Assembly: GCA_036405175.1 (NCBI GenBank)
Contig: DASWYC010000002.1
Location: 251,429-315,428, forward strand
Source: Minisyncoccota bacterium
GTDB lineage: Bacteria > Patescibacteriota > Minisyncoccia > Phycocordibacterales > UBA1006
Direction: 5' to 3'
Length of the DNA: 64,000 nucleotides
The notes beneath the pieces are model-generated. The model did not search any database and was not told where the DNA came from. It was given only the letters and a program-made list of their open reading frames with translations. Of this stretch, positions 10,036 to 20,243 are shown piece by piece (within the stretch, counting starts at the first letter, position 1; every line of letters begins with the position of its first letter). The position numbers were made by a program, and so were the translations under genes.

Positions 10036-12387
10036 ATGATGCGATTTTTTACAACGCTTGCTCCGCTACTTATGATCGTTGGATCATTTTTTACAACAAC
10101 TGCAGCTTCTGCAGCAGTTGAACTTACCGGAAGTAACTCATTTACCGGAACAACCAGTGTTGCAATGCCAATTACCGATCTTCAGCTTACCGGAAGCAGC
10201 GGATCACCCGTGCCAGTTAAGCTTTTGGTAACCAATGGAACACTTTCATTAGGCACCACTACCAATATCACGTTTACCTCAGGAGGAAATAACGCATCCG
10301 CACTTTATTTTAGCGGAACAGTAGCAGATATAAATGCAGCCTTGGCTTCACTCACATATACACGCGGGAGCGCAGGAAGTGACACACTTGAAGTTTCATT
10401 GGTAAATCCTGGAGAAGTATTTTTCCCAGATAATGGACACCTCTATAAATTTATCTCAGGAAGCATCAACTGGAACAGCGCAAAAACAGCAGCAGAAGCC
10501 TTAACTGAATATGGCGTATCAGGATATTTAGTAACCGTAACATCGTCAGCAGAAAATGCCTTTGTTGCCGCACGTCTTGGCGCAGACGGATGGATGGGAG
10601 CAAGCGACGCTGCTCTTGAAGGCGATTGGAAGTGGGTAACCGGACCAGAAACAGGAACATCATTTTGGTCAGGAACATATACGGGAGGGCCAGTAAGTAG
10701 CCGTTATTCCAACTGGAATAATAACGAGCCAAATCAAGCAGGAGAAGAAGATTGTGCGCAATTTTACTCAAGCAGTGGAAAGTGGAATGATCTTTCTTGT
10801 GGAAATAGTATTGGCGGATATGTTGCAGAATTTGGAGCAGGAAGCACTAATCCAACCGTTGTTGCAAAAAATATTTCAATCACAACCGCCAATAATCCAA
10901 CTATAAGCAGCCTTACACCAGCGGATAACTCAACAAACATCACCACGGGAACTAATCTTACCATGGTGTTCAGCACCACTATTTCGGTGGGCACCGGAAA
11001 CATTCTTATTAAAAAGACTTCTGATGACTCAACGGTTGAAACCATTGACGTTGCAAGCGGCAAGGTAACCGGATGGGGAACTAATACTATCGTTATTAAT
11101 CCCGACACTACACTCGCAGAATCTACCGGTTACTATATTTCTATTCCTAATACTGCTTTTAAAGATGGATCAAATCGTTTTTACGCAGGAATTTCCAACA
11201 ATAGCACCTGGAATTTTACGACTGGAGATTTTACTGCACCAGTTTTGAGTGCAATTAATTCTGTGCCATCTTCAACTAGTACAACTATTACCTGGACAAC
11301 TAACGAGAATGCTTCAACACGTGTATCATATGGCGCAACATCATCATACGGTGTAAATACATCAGAAACAGATACCTCACCACGCGTGACCAGTCACACC
11401 GTTAACTTAACCAGCCTTATTCCATGTACTACGTATAACTTCCGCGTAACTTCTACGGATGGATCAGTCAATGCAAACGTAGCTAACTCAACCAACAATA
11501 CGTTTAAGACCACGGGGTGTACTGCAAATTCAGAATCAACTGCACAATCATCAACAAATGTAACAACAAGCAGTACTAGCACAACCTCATTAACCGATTC
11601 ATCAACAACACTCGTTGTTCAAACACCGTCAAACTTTACCACCACACCGTCATTGGTAATTCAAATTCAGTCACTTCCAAGCAAAAATATCATTAGTAAT
11701 ATTGGAACACCATCAGGTATTCCAAATCATATTGGAGATATTGTATTTGATGTTAAAGCAATCGTTAATGCAACAACCGTACTTGATTCATTTGATGCGC
11801 CTGTAACGATTACCTATACGTATACCGATGAAGATATTGAAGGTATTGAGGAATCTACACTGTGGCTGTATCACTACCACAATAACGCATGGGCAAAACT
11901 TGATAACTGTACGGTAGACATGGCAAATAATTTTATTCAATGTACCACCCAAGGATTTTCACTCTTCTCGCTCTTTGGGCAAACGCAACAAGTTGCTACC
12001 AGCAATGCGCTTCGCGCAAAAGGATGTAGAGATTCAAAAGCAAAAAATTATTCTGACTTTGTACTCCATGTGCAAGAAATGTGTGAATACTCGGCAAAGA
12101 CTGCAGACGCAAAAGGAAAGAAGATTAGCACTCCAGTTTTTACCAAAGATTTACAACTTGGATCAAAAGATACGGAAGTCTATGAATTACAAAAATTCCT
12201 CAATAATAATGGATTTGTAATCGCTAAGAATGGAGCAGGATCACCCGGGAAGGAGAGTCAGCAATTTGGTGCGCTTACCAAGAATGCACTTAGATCATTC
12301 CAAAAGGCACATAAGATTTCTCCAGCAACAGGCAATCTGGGACCAATTACTCGTAAATATATTACAGATTTAAGCCAGAAAAAGTAA
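10036..12387 (+). CDS. Secreted multidomain surface protein: C-type lectin, Ig-like (Big_5/SbsA), FN3-like and peptidoglycan-binding domains
   Basis: Signal peptide; WMGASD..EGDWKW, EPN, EDC, WND..C lectin motifs; TPADNST Ig-like domain; C-terminal LQKFLN..FGALTKNALRSFQ PG-binding motif. Confidence 0.85.
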   Translation: MMRFFTTLAPLLMIVGSFFTTTAASAAVELTGSNSFTGTTSVAMPITDLQLTGSSGSPVPVKLLVTNGTLSLGTTTNITFTSGGNNASALYFSGTVADINAALASLTYTRGSAGSDTLEVSLVNPGEVFFPDNGHLYKFISGSINWNSAKTAAEALTEYGVSGYLVTVTSSAENAFVAARLGADGWMGASDAALEGDWKWVTGPETGTSFWSGTYTGGPVSSRYSNWNNNEPNQAGEEDCAQFYSSSGKWNDLSCGNSIGGYVAEFGAGSTNPTVVAKNISITTANNPTISSLTPADNSTNITTGTNLTMVFSTTISVGTGNILIKKTSDDSTVETIDVASGKVTGWGTNTIVINPDTTLAESTGYYISIPNTAFKDGSNRFYAGISNNSTWNFTTGDFTAPVLSAINSVPSSTSTTITWTTNENASTRVSYGATSSYGVNTSETDTSPRVTSHTVNLTSLIPCTTYNFRVTSTDGSVNANVANSTNNTFKTTGCTANSESTAQSSTNVTTSSTSTTSLTDSSTTLVVQTPSNFTTTPSLVIQIQSLPSKNIISNIGTPSGIPNHIGDIVFDVKAIVNATTVLDSFDAPVTITYTYTDEDIEGIEESTLWLYHYHNNAWAKLDNCTVDMANNFIQCTTQGFSLFSLFGQTQQVATSNALRAKGCRDSKAKNYSDFVLHVQEMCEYSAKTADAKGKKISTPVFTKDLQLGSKDTEVYELQKFLNNNGFVIAKNGAGSPGKESQQFGALTKNALRSFQKAHKISPATGNLGPITRKYITDLSQKK

Positions 12388-12458
12388 ATGAAATTTGAAT
12401 GAAGCTCATCATGCGTGATGGGTTTTCATTTTGAGAGATAGGCGTATACTACCAGTAT

Positions 12459-12932
12459 ATGAAGAAAGCAATCATTACCCTCATTATTCTGATTATCATT
12501 GTTGCCGGAGTGTCACTTATTCTTGCCAAGAAACAGACCAATGCACCTGTAACAGAGACTCCTACCACAGAAACTGCCCAAGATATTAAAGGTTGTTATA
12601 TAGCGCGTCTTGCAAAAGATGTATACACCCTTAATATTCAAAATCAAACCAACGAAGCTGTGACTGGAACTCTCGCATTCAAGAACTTTGAAAAGGATAG
12701 CTCATCAGGAACATTCTCAGGAATGTATCAGAATGATGTTCTTCTTGGAGTATACAGTTTTAGTTCTGAGGGAATGGATTCTGTGATGCAGGTTGCATTC
12801 AAGAAAACTCCTGAAGGATTTGTTCGCGGATTTGGCGATGTAACCACCGAAGGAAACACTGTTAAGTTTAACGATGTAAATGCCCTTGAGTGGGACACTA
12901 AAGCGGTGTTTAAAGCAGAAGCTTGCCAGTAA
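12459..12932 (+). CDS. Hypothetical membrane-anchored protein
   Basis: N-terminal TM followed by a beta-rich domain (FEKDSSSGTF). Confidence 0.7.
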   Translation: MKKAIITLIILIIIVAGVSLILAKKQTNAPVTETPTTETAQDIKGCYIARLAKDVYTLNIQNQTNEAVTGTLAFKNFEKDSSSGTFSGMYQNDVLLGVYSFSSEGMDSVMQVAFKKTPEGFVRGFGDVTTEGNTVKFNDVNALEWDTKAVFKAEACQ

Positions 12933-12941
12933 ATAAATCCC

Positions 12942-13655
12942 ATGGAACAGTATTGGCTTTCCAATTCTGGATATTATATTCTTAAAGATTCTGGTACGTG
13001 GCCAGAATTTTTAGGTGCGTTTTTAGGTGCACTTTTTGCCTTTGTATTTGGACTGCTTACCTACATAATCTCAAAAAAGAATGAACGTTTTGTATTAAAT
13101 CAGAATGCCCTAGTAAAACTAGAAAGGATATTACATAAGCATTTAAATAATTTAGGTATATTGGAGGCAATAGCGACTGGAGCTCAAGATATATTAAAGG
13201 CTCAGGGTATACCTACGAGTAGAATTTTCCCTATTGAAACCCCTGATCAAGCTGAAATGGATTTAATTGATATTGAATTCATAAATAAAGTTCATCTTTA
13301 CAGTATGAGTTTAAGAGCTCTAAATTTTAATATTATGACAATAACTCATACACTAACGCGAATAGAAGATCTTTATATTAATGGTCGAACTATTGAAGCT
13401 AAAAATTTCGAAGTCATTATAAGAATGCTTCAAGGTTTTCTAAACGATCTTCCTTCTATTAACAAGAAAACCAAACAACTTCTCATTATTACAAGACTCC
13501 ATATTCATCACTTAAACAAAAAAGTGAATCTCTTGGAAAGACTTATTAAGAACAGCTGGAGACCGCTCTTTACGGAAGAACTAATCTTAAATGAACAAAA
13601 GAAGCTTGATGAAGAAATTAAAAAAATACAGGAAAGCGGAGACGATAACTTTTAA
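12942..13655 (+). CDS. Hypothetical protein with N-terminal TM
   Basis: 237-aa AT-rich ORF. Confidence 0.6.
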   Translation: MEQYWLSNSGYYILKDSGTWPEFLGAFLGALFAFVFGLLTYIISKKNERFVLNQNALVKLERILHKHLNNLGILEAIATGAQDILKAQGIPTSRIFPIETPDQAEMDLIDIEFINKVHLYSMSLRALNFNIMTITHTLTRIEDLYINGRTIEAKNFEVIIRMLQGFLNDLPSINKKTKQLLIITRLHIHHLNKKVNLLERLIKNSWRPLFTEELILNEQKKLDEEIKKIQESGDDNF

Positions 13656-13757
13656 CCTAAGAATTTCTACTGAAAAGCTGTATGAGTGGATTTTATTTTT
13701 TACCCAAACATTTCAATTTTAAGAACATAGAGACGGTATACTAGATACATTATCTGT

Positions 13758-16469
13758 ATGCGCAAACAATCTTCATCTCAACAAACTCACATTAAAAAAT
13801 CATGGCACAGTATGGCGCTTGATGAGGTTTTTGCTCAAACAAACTCATCAGAAAAGGGAATCTCTCCTAAAGATGCCACGCATAGATTAGCCCAATATGG
13901 TCAGAATACACTGCCAGAAGAAAAAAGTGATTCACTCTTAAAGCTATTCATCCGCCAATTTAAAAGCCCGCTCATGTATATTATGATGCTGGCAACACTG
14001 GTATCGTTTTTGGTAGGCAATAACGTTGAGGGATTTTTTATCATTTTTGTAATGATCAGTAATGTATTAGTAGGGTTTTACCAAGAATACAAAGTAGATA
14101 AGTCACTCCAATCACTCAAAGAAGTGATTAAGCCTCAAGCTCGCGTGATCAGAAGTGGACGAGAATATGAAATTGAAGCAATTAATATTGTCATAGGAGA
14201 TGTAATTGCACTGCGTCCAGGAGACAAAATTCCGGCCGATGCACGCATTTTGGAATGCAAAGGACTCAAAGTGAACGAAGCAAGTTTAACCGGAGAAGCA
14301 AAAGCAGTAGACAAAATGGTTGGAGAAGTTAAACCTGATGTTGAAGTTGCTGATCGCACCAATATGGTATTTATGGGAACAACGGTTGAAGAGGGATCAG
14401 CGATTGCTATTACCGTTGCAACAGGTGCTCATACAGAATTTGGCGATATTGTATCACTGCTTAAAAAAACCGCGGAAGAAATGACACCGCTCCAAAAAAT
14501 GGTGATTTCACTTTCAAAGTTTATTGGTATCTTTATCACGATTGTTGTTGCAGTAGTTATTGCTATTGGATTTTTCTCGGGCTACGATTTTGAAACTATT
14601 TTTGAAAGCGCGTTAGCACTCTTTGTCTCAGCAATTCCAGAAGGATTATTGCCAGGAATTACGATTGTATTAGTGCTGGGTGTTCGTCATATCTTAAAGA
14701 GAAACGGACTTGTGCGTCGCATTGCTGCCACAGAAACACTTGGAGGTGTTACGGTAATTTGTACCGATAAAACAGGAACACTCACGGAAGGAAAAATGGA
14801 AGTGCATAGTCTGATCACCACAGATGGCGTACACGTATGCGAGCCTCATACCTATGATCAACTTTCTGAACGTGCCACAGCATTAATCCATGCAACCGTA
14901 CTGGCAACTGATGCGTATGTAGAAAATCCATCAGCTAAAAAAGAAGATTTGATTGTACGCGGAAGCATGACTGAACAATCGCTTATCCGCATGGCAGTTG
15001 CTGCACAGATGGACACCTATGCAATGCGTGAACGTGAACCAATTCTTGACCATATTCTGTTTTCTTCAGATAGAAAGTATTCAGCAAACCTGAGAACATC
15101 TAAGGAAGGGAATGTTGTGTACGTACTAGGTGCACCGGAACGTATTTTAAATCACACAACGCATGTATTAACCAGCACAGGAGCTGTGTCAGCTTCAAAT
15201 GCTGCATACAAAAAGCTTCTTGCAGAAAAAGATAAATTTGTTGCCATGGGGTATCGCGTAGTGGCATGTGCATCAAAATCTATTGATCATACCGTACAAA
15301 CAGGAGAGCTTGAGGCAGAGATGTCTGATCTTACGCTTATAGGATTTATTGCTATTTCTGATCCAGTACGCGCGGATGTTCCAGCCGCATTTAAAGACAC
15401 TAAGAAAGCAGGAATCAGAACTATTATTGTGACCGGTGATCATGCATTAACAGCGCAAGCAGTGGCTGAACAAATTGGCTTCACTATCCCTGCTGATAAA
15501 ATTATTGAAGGACATGATATTGAATCAATGACTGACGCGACTCTCAGAAAGAAAATTAAAACCATTGTATTGTGCGCACGTGTTTCTCCTCGTCATAAAC
15601 TTCGTATTGTTCAGGCGCTTCAATACAACGGAGAAGTAGTTGCCATGTTTGGTGATGGCGCCAATGATGCACCTGCACTTAAAGCAGCCGATATTGGAGT
15701 AGCGGTGCAAACAAAAATTTCTGCCGTGAGAGAAGTTGCAGACCTTGTGCTTCTTGATGGCGGATTTGGTACCATCATTAAAGCAATTGAACAGGGAAGA
15801 ATTATCTTTAACAATATTCGTAAGGTGTTTTTGTATTTGATTACGCAAGATTTTTCTCAATTCTTTATTTTTATCATGTCGATCTTGCTCGGATTACCAC
15901 TTCCAATTTTGGCAGTTCAGTTACTCTTGGTAAATTTAATTGAAAGCGGATTACCAGACCTTTCACTTACCACCGAACAAGAAAAAGAGGGAATTATGGA
16001 TGAACCTCCACGTGATCCAAAAGAATCTATTCTTAACAAGTCTTCCCGATATTGGATGGCAGCGTTGTTTATCACCAGCAGCAGTATTGCGATGATCTTG
16101 TACATTAGCTTATTAAGAACCGGCATACATATTGATCATGTGCGCACCATGATGACCGTGTTCTTGTGCCTTGAATCACTCTTCTTAGTATTCTCAGTAC
16201 GATCATTCACACGCAGTATTTTTAGAAAGAGTATCTTTGAGAATAAATTTATTACCTGGGCAGTAGTGATTAGTTTTGTGATGATATTAGCAGCGGTATA
16301 TCTACCGTCACTACAAAAGGTTCTTAATACCGTATCACTCAGTTTCCATGACTGGCTGTTGATTGCAACACTTAATTTGTGTGAGGTTGCTATTATCGAT
16401 CAATTCAAGAGATACTTCTTTCAGAAACCAAAGAAGATAAAAGGCGAAAGACAGGTATTGCAAAGCTAG
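13758..16469 (+). CDS. Cation-transporting P-type ATPase (P2A/Ca2+-like)
   Basis: LTGE, PEGL, DKTGTLT phosphorylation motif, TGD, GDGANDAPAL. Confidence 0.95.
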   Translation: MRKQSSSQQTHIKKSWHSMALDEVFAQTNSSEKGISPKDATHRLAQYGQNTLPEEKSDSLLKLFIRQFKSPLMYIMMLATLVSFLVGNNVEGFFIIFVMISNVLVGFYQEYKVDKSLQSLKEVIKPQARVIRSGREYEIEAINIVIGDVIALRPGDKIPADARILECKGLKVNEASLTGEAKAVDKMVGEVKPDVEVADRTNMVFMGTTVEEGSAIAITVATGAHTEFGDIVSLLKKTAEEMTPLQKMVISLSKFIGIFITIVVAVVIAIGFFSGYDFETIFESALALFVSAIPEGLLPGITIVLVLGVRHILKRNGLVRRIAATETLGGVTVICTDKTGTLTEGKMEVHSLITTDGVHVCEPHTYDQLSERATALIHATVLATDAYVENPSAKKEDLIVRGSMTEQSLIRMAVAAQMDTYAMREREPILDHILFSSDRKYSANLRTSKEGNVVYVLGAPERILNHTTHVLTSTGAVSASNAAYKKLLAEKDKFVAMGYRVVACASKSIDHTVQTGELEAEMSDLTLIGFIAISDPVRADVPAAFKDTKKAGIRTIIVTGDHALTAQAVAEQIGFTIPADKIIEGHDIESMTDATLRKKIKTIVLCARVSPRHKLRIVQALQYNGEVVAMFGDGANDAPALKAADIGVAVQTKISAVREVADLVLLDGGFGTIIKAIEQGRIIFNNIRKVFLYLITQDFSQFFIFIMSILLGLPLPILAVQLLLVNLIESGLPDLSLTTEQEKEGIMDEPPRDPKESILNKSSRYWMAALFITSSSIAMILYISLLRTGIHIDHVRTMMTVFLCLESLFLVFSVRSFTRSIFRKSIFENKFITWAVVISFVMILAAVYLPSLQKVLNTVSLSFHDWLLIATLNLCEVAIIDQFKRYFFQKPKKIKGERQVLQS

Positions 16470-16673
16470 ATGAAGAAACTTATTATAAAGAGGTGTTTCC
16501 TTAACAATGTTTTCAGTTCATATTAGCCATAGAAGAAGCACTCCCTAACTAACGGACTTTTCTTATTTAACACCAGCCTAATATTGAACACATTAAAAAC
16601 ACAAAACCCTACAAATCTAGCCGACATCCTACTATGGAAAAGTCGGCTATTTTTATGCTCAAAATCCCCATTC

Positions 16674-16702
16674 TTGACAAATTTATCAAAAAATGCTATT
16701 TT
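16674..16702 (+). promoter_or_regulatory. Sigma70-type promoter of the DEAD-box helicase, giving a ~145-nt 5' UTR
   Basis: TTGACA-17 nt-TATTTT with TG extension. Confidence 0.55.
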
Positions 16703-16852
16703 TTACACATTGGGATATAGCTCGGATACATTTTATGACTGTGTTTCAATATTACTCGGATAACACAGTGGTGGTCCTTCACATAAGAAAATCTATAAAA
16801 ACCAGTAAAACTGGCTGATACTCGTGTGTTTTACTATTACTCAACTTAAATT

Positions 16853-18070
16853 ATGGCTTTTAAACCAGCAAAACGCGGGCGGCGCAGCGAACACGCGCAG
16901 CAAAAAAATAGAAACTATAAACAAGCAGGCGGACACGCCGGAAAAAATCAGCGCAAGCGTATCATGCGTAACGGCATTGATATTTCTAAGTTCATCAACA
17001 AAGCAGAACCTATTAAGGAAGCTGCTCCATATATTCCTACGCATACATTTGCAGATTTTAATTTACATGAGTTGCTTCAAAAGAATATTATTGCAAAAAA
17101 TTATGTTAATCCAAGTCCAATTCAAGACAACGCTATTCCAGCCGCGCTTGAAGGACGTGACGTTGTTGGTATTGCCAACACCGGAACAGGAAAGACTGCA
17201 GCATTTTTGATTCCAATCATTAATAAAATTCTTGAAAACCCATCAGAGACCGCATTAATTATTACGCCAACGCGCGAGCTTGCGATCCAAATTGATAAGG
17301 AGTTTGCAAGTTTTACCAAAGGAATCAGTCTCTTTAGCGCAGTATGTGTTGGAGGAGCACCCATGTTCCAGCAGATCAAAAACATTCGTAAAGGATGCCA
17401 TGTGGTTATTGGAACACCGGGACGCTTGATTGACCTTGCAGAGCGCGGAGAAATTGATTTCTCAGGCGTAAGCAATGTTGTTCTTGATGAAGCAGACAAA
17501 ATGCTTGATATGGGATTTATTGATGATATTGCCCGCATGCTTGAGGTAATGCCAGAGGATAAGCAAAGCTTGTTCTTCTCAGCAACCTTCCCAAAGAAAA
17601 TCGAAAACTTGGTTCAGAGCTTTATGCATGATCCGGAAATTATTACCGTTAAAACACGTGACACCTCAAAAAATATTGATCAGGACGTTGTGTATACTAC
17701 GGATTTTCCAACCAAGATTGATGGTCTTCATACAATTTTGTCTGAGGGCGAAGCTAAGAAGGTAATTATCTTTGCAGGTATGAAAACTACCGTGCATGAT
17801 CTTGCACTTGAGCTTGAACGTCGCGGACACCGCGCAGGTTCTATTCATGGTGATAAGCGTCACCGTGAACGTCAGCAGATTCTTGAAGCTTTTAAGAAAA
17901 ATGATATCTCAATCCTTGTTGCAACCGATGTTGCAGCCCGAGGGCTTGATATTCCAGAAGTTACACACGTAATCAACTACGAAATTCCAAACAGCTACGA
18001 CACGTATGTTCACCGTATTGGACGAACAGGACGTGCAGATAAAAAAGGTTTTGCAATTACGTTTGTCTAA
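16853..18070 (+). CDS. DEAD-box RNA helicase
   Basis: Q motif, GTGKT, PTRELA, DEAD, SAT, ARGLD, HRIGRTGR. Confidence 0.97.
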   Translation: MAFKPAKRGRRSEHAQQKNRNYKQAGGHAGKNQRKRIMRNGIDISKFINKAEPIKEAAPYIPTHTFADFNLHELLQKNIIAKNYVNPSPIQDNAIPAALEGRDVVGIANTGTGKTAAFLIPIINKILENPSETALIITPTRELAIQIDKEFASFTKGISLFSAVCVGGAPMFQQIKNIRKGCHVVIGTPGRLIDLAERGEIDFSGVSNVVLDEADKMLDMGFIDDIARMLEVMPEDKQSLFFSATFPKKIENLVQSFMHDPEIITVKTRDTSKNIDQDVVYTTDFPTKIDGLHTILSEGEAKKVIIFAGMKTTVHDLALELERRGHRAGSIHGDKRHRERQQILEAFKKNDISILVATDVAARGLDIPEVTHVINYEIPNSYDTYVHRIGRTGRADKKGFAITFV

Positions 18071-18120
18071 TTTTAGAAAGAGTAAACATAAATAGGTGCG
18101 GCTGAAGACACACTTATACA

Positions 18121-18149
18121 AAATCCCTCAGAGAAATCTGAGGGATTTT
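18121..18149 (+). terminator. Intrinsic terminator
   Basis: AAATCCCTCAGA-GAAA-TCTGAGGGATTT(T). Confidence 0.75.
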
Positions 18150-18204
18150 AATTGATTCCTTGCGAATTAGGGTCATTTACTCGAAAAGTGTTATACTCAT
18201 TAAA

Positions 18205-18762
18205 ATGAATACGCTTGACTACATCAAAACAAAACAGCAAACGTGGTTTAAACATATTCAACCTTACCTGTCTGCGACAAATCTTAATGTGGGAAGTGGG
18301 CATGGGTTTTTCTCCCAAGCTGCACAGGATGCAGGTATTTCAATGACTTCATTAGAGGTATGTCTTCCTGAAAACGTGATTAACAAAAATGATGTAGTTT
18401 TGTACGATGGCATACGTATGCCTTTCGACGATAATGCTTTTGATGTTTCGATTGCAATGTACGTTTTACATCATACGTCAGACCCAGTCCGTGTTCTTAA
18501 CGAAATGAAGCGGGTATCGAAAAAACGAATAATACTAGTTGAACAATTATATACAAACTTCTTTGGGAAAATTTACTTAGCAATTGATGATTGGTTGGTT
18601 AACATTAGAGGAGGTCTCAGATCAAGTTTTTATTGGCATAGCTATCTCACATATAACCGGCTACGGGATATTTCTCAAGAGGGCGGATGGAAGATATATC
18701 ACACAGAATCGAAATCGAGAACAGGATTTAATGATGTGTTATGGATTCTTGAGAGAATATGA
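18205..18762 (+). CDS. Class I SAM-dependent methyltransferase
   Basis: NVGSGHG, MPFDDNAFD, YVLHH, EMKRV; start follows a TATACT box. Confidence 0.85.
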   Translation: MNTLDYIKTKQQTWFKHIQPYLSATNLNVGSGHGFFSQAAQDAGISMTSLEVCLPENVINKNDVVLYDGIRMPFDDNAFDVSIAMYVLHHTSDPVRVLNEMKRVSKKRIILVEQLYTNFFGKIYLAIDDWLVNIRGGLRSSFYWHSYLTYNRLRDISQEGGWKIYHTESKSRTGFNDVLWILERI

Positions 18763-18781
18763 TACGCTCACTTTTAGCAAT

Positions 18782-19555
18782 ATGTCCACCGATGATAAAT
18801 CAATAAAATTCTATAAAACTAAGGCTCAGGAATACGCTGCTCAAGTTCGAAGCCCAAAAGATTCTGTCTATCATGCTTATTATGAAAAACCTGCAATGTA
18901 TTCGCTCTTGCCTGATCTTATTAATAAAACAGTATTAAGCATAGGCTGCGGTAGCGGAGAAGATAGTATCTATCTCAAGAAGCAGGGGGCTGAAAAATCT
19001 ATCGGAATTGACTTGTCTGATGAACTAATCGATATTGCCAAAGATTCCTATCCTGAATGTGAATTTCATGTCATGAATATGGAGAAGTTAGGCTTTCCTG
19101 ACAGTAGTTTTGATTTTGCCTATTCTAGTCTTGCTATTCACTATGTTGAAGATTGGAGTATTGTTTTTAAAGAAGTCTTTCGTGTTTTAAAACCCAACTC
19201 TCATTTTCTTTTTTCATGCGGACATCCTGTTCGATTTGCCCTAAGCAATGAAAAGACCGATGATTATTCAACCAAAAAGCTTGAAGTAAGAAAAAACAAC
19301 CATACAGGTGAGATTATAATTACTGGTGATTATCTTACAAAAAAGAAAGCACTTGATGCAATGGGAAAAGATACGGTAAACCTTTGGGTTATGCCAGTAG
19401 GAGATATTGCAACCCTAGCCATCGACGCAGGATTTGCGATTGAAAGACTCATCGAGCCGCGACCTCTTGAAAAACTTAAGAGTATTGACCCTAAAACTTA
19501 TAACATATTAAGCAAGATACCTGAGTTCATTATATTCAAGTTAAGAAAAGTATAG
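18782..19555 (+). CDS. Class I SAM-dependent methyltransferase
   Basis: SIGCGSG, GIDLS, SSLAIHY, RVLKP; likely start MSTDDK. Confidence 0.9.
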   Translation: MSTDDKSIKFYKTKAQEYAAQVRSPKDSVYHAYYEKPAMYSLLPDLINKTVLSIGCGSGEDSIYLKKQGAEKSIGIDLSDELIDIAKDSYPECEFHVMNMEKLGFPDSSFDFAYSSLAIHYVEDWSIVFKEVFRVLKPNSHFLFSCGHPVRFALSNEKTDDYSTKKLEVRKNNHTGEIIITGDYLTKKKALDAMGKDTVNLWVMPVGDIATLAIDAGFAIERLIEPRPLEKLKSIDPKTYNILSKIPEFIIFKLRKV

Positions 19556-19610
19556 CTTTCTGTCGAAGAATGAGTGCATAATTCGATTGTGAGGTATACA
19601 CTTAACTTAT

Positions 19611-20213
19611 ATGCTTGACTGGGCAACCAATATCATAGAATCAAGCGGATATCTAGGTGTATTCTTAGGAATGTTTCTTGAAAATATTTTTCCTCCGCTT
19701 CCATCAGAGCTTATGATGATCTTTTCTGGTGCAACTGCAGGGAAGGGAGATCTTAATATTATTTTGGTTATCTTAGCTGGTTCGATAGGCTCAGTCATTG
19801 GATTGCTGCCATGGTTTTATCTTGGTAAGTGGTTTGGCCGCAAGCGACTCAAAAAACTTGCTGATAAGTTTGGAAGATTCTTAACATTTTCAGGGGAAGA
19901 TATTGAAAAAGCAGATAAGTGGTTTGAAAAGCACGGAAAGAAAATCGTATTCTTTGGACGATTCTTACCGGCGGTGCGCACACTCGTTGCCATTCCTGCA
20001 GCTATTACCGAAATGAAGCTCTGGAAATTTATGCTCTATGCATTCTTGGGATCAATTGTGTATGATGGAGCATTTGCAATGTTGGGGTATTTTGTGGGAG
20101 ATAATGACACTAAGCAACTTGAAAAGATTGTTGATATTGGAACCTATATTGTTTTAGGTCTTGTAGTTATTTGGTACATATACCGTGTGATTACGTTCAA
20201 AAAGAAAAAATAA
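19611..20213 (+). CDS. DedA family membrane protein
   Basis: LENIFPPLPSE, FFGRFLPAVR. Confidence 0.92.
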   Translation: MLDWATNIIESSGYLGVFLGMFLENIFPPLPSELMMIFSGATAGKGDLNIILVILAGSIGSVIGLLPWFYLGKWFGRKRLKKLADKFGRFLTFSGEDIEKADKWFEKHGKKIVFFGRFLPAVRTLVAIPAAITEMKLWKFMLYAFLGSIVYDGAFAMLGYFVGDNDTKQLEKIVDIGTYIVLGLVVIWYIYRVITFKKKK

Positions 20214-20243
20214 AAATCCGCTCACTATGAGCGGTTTTTTATT

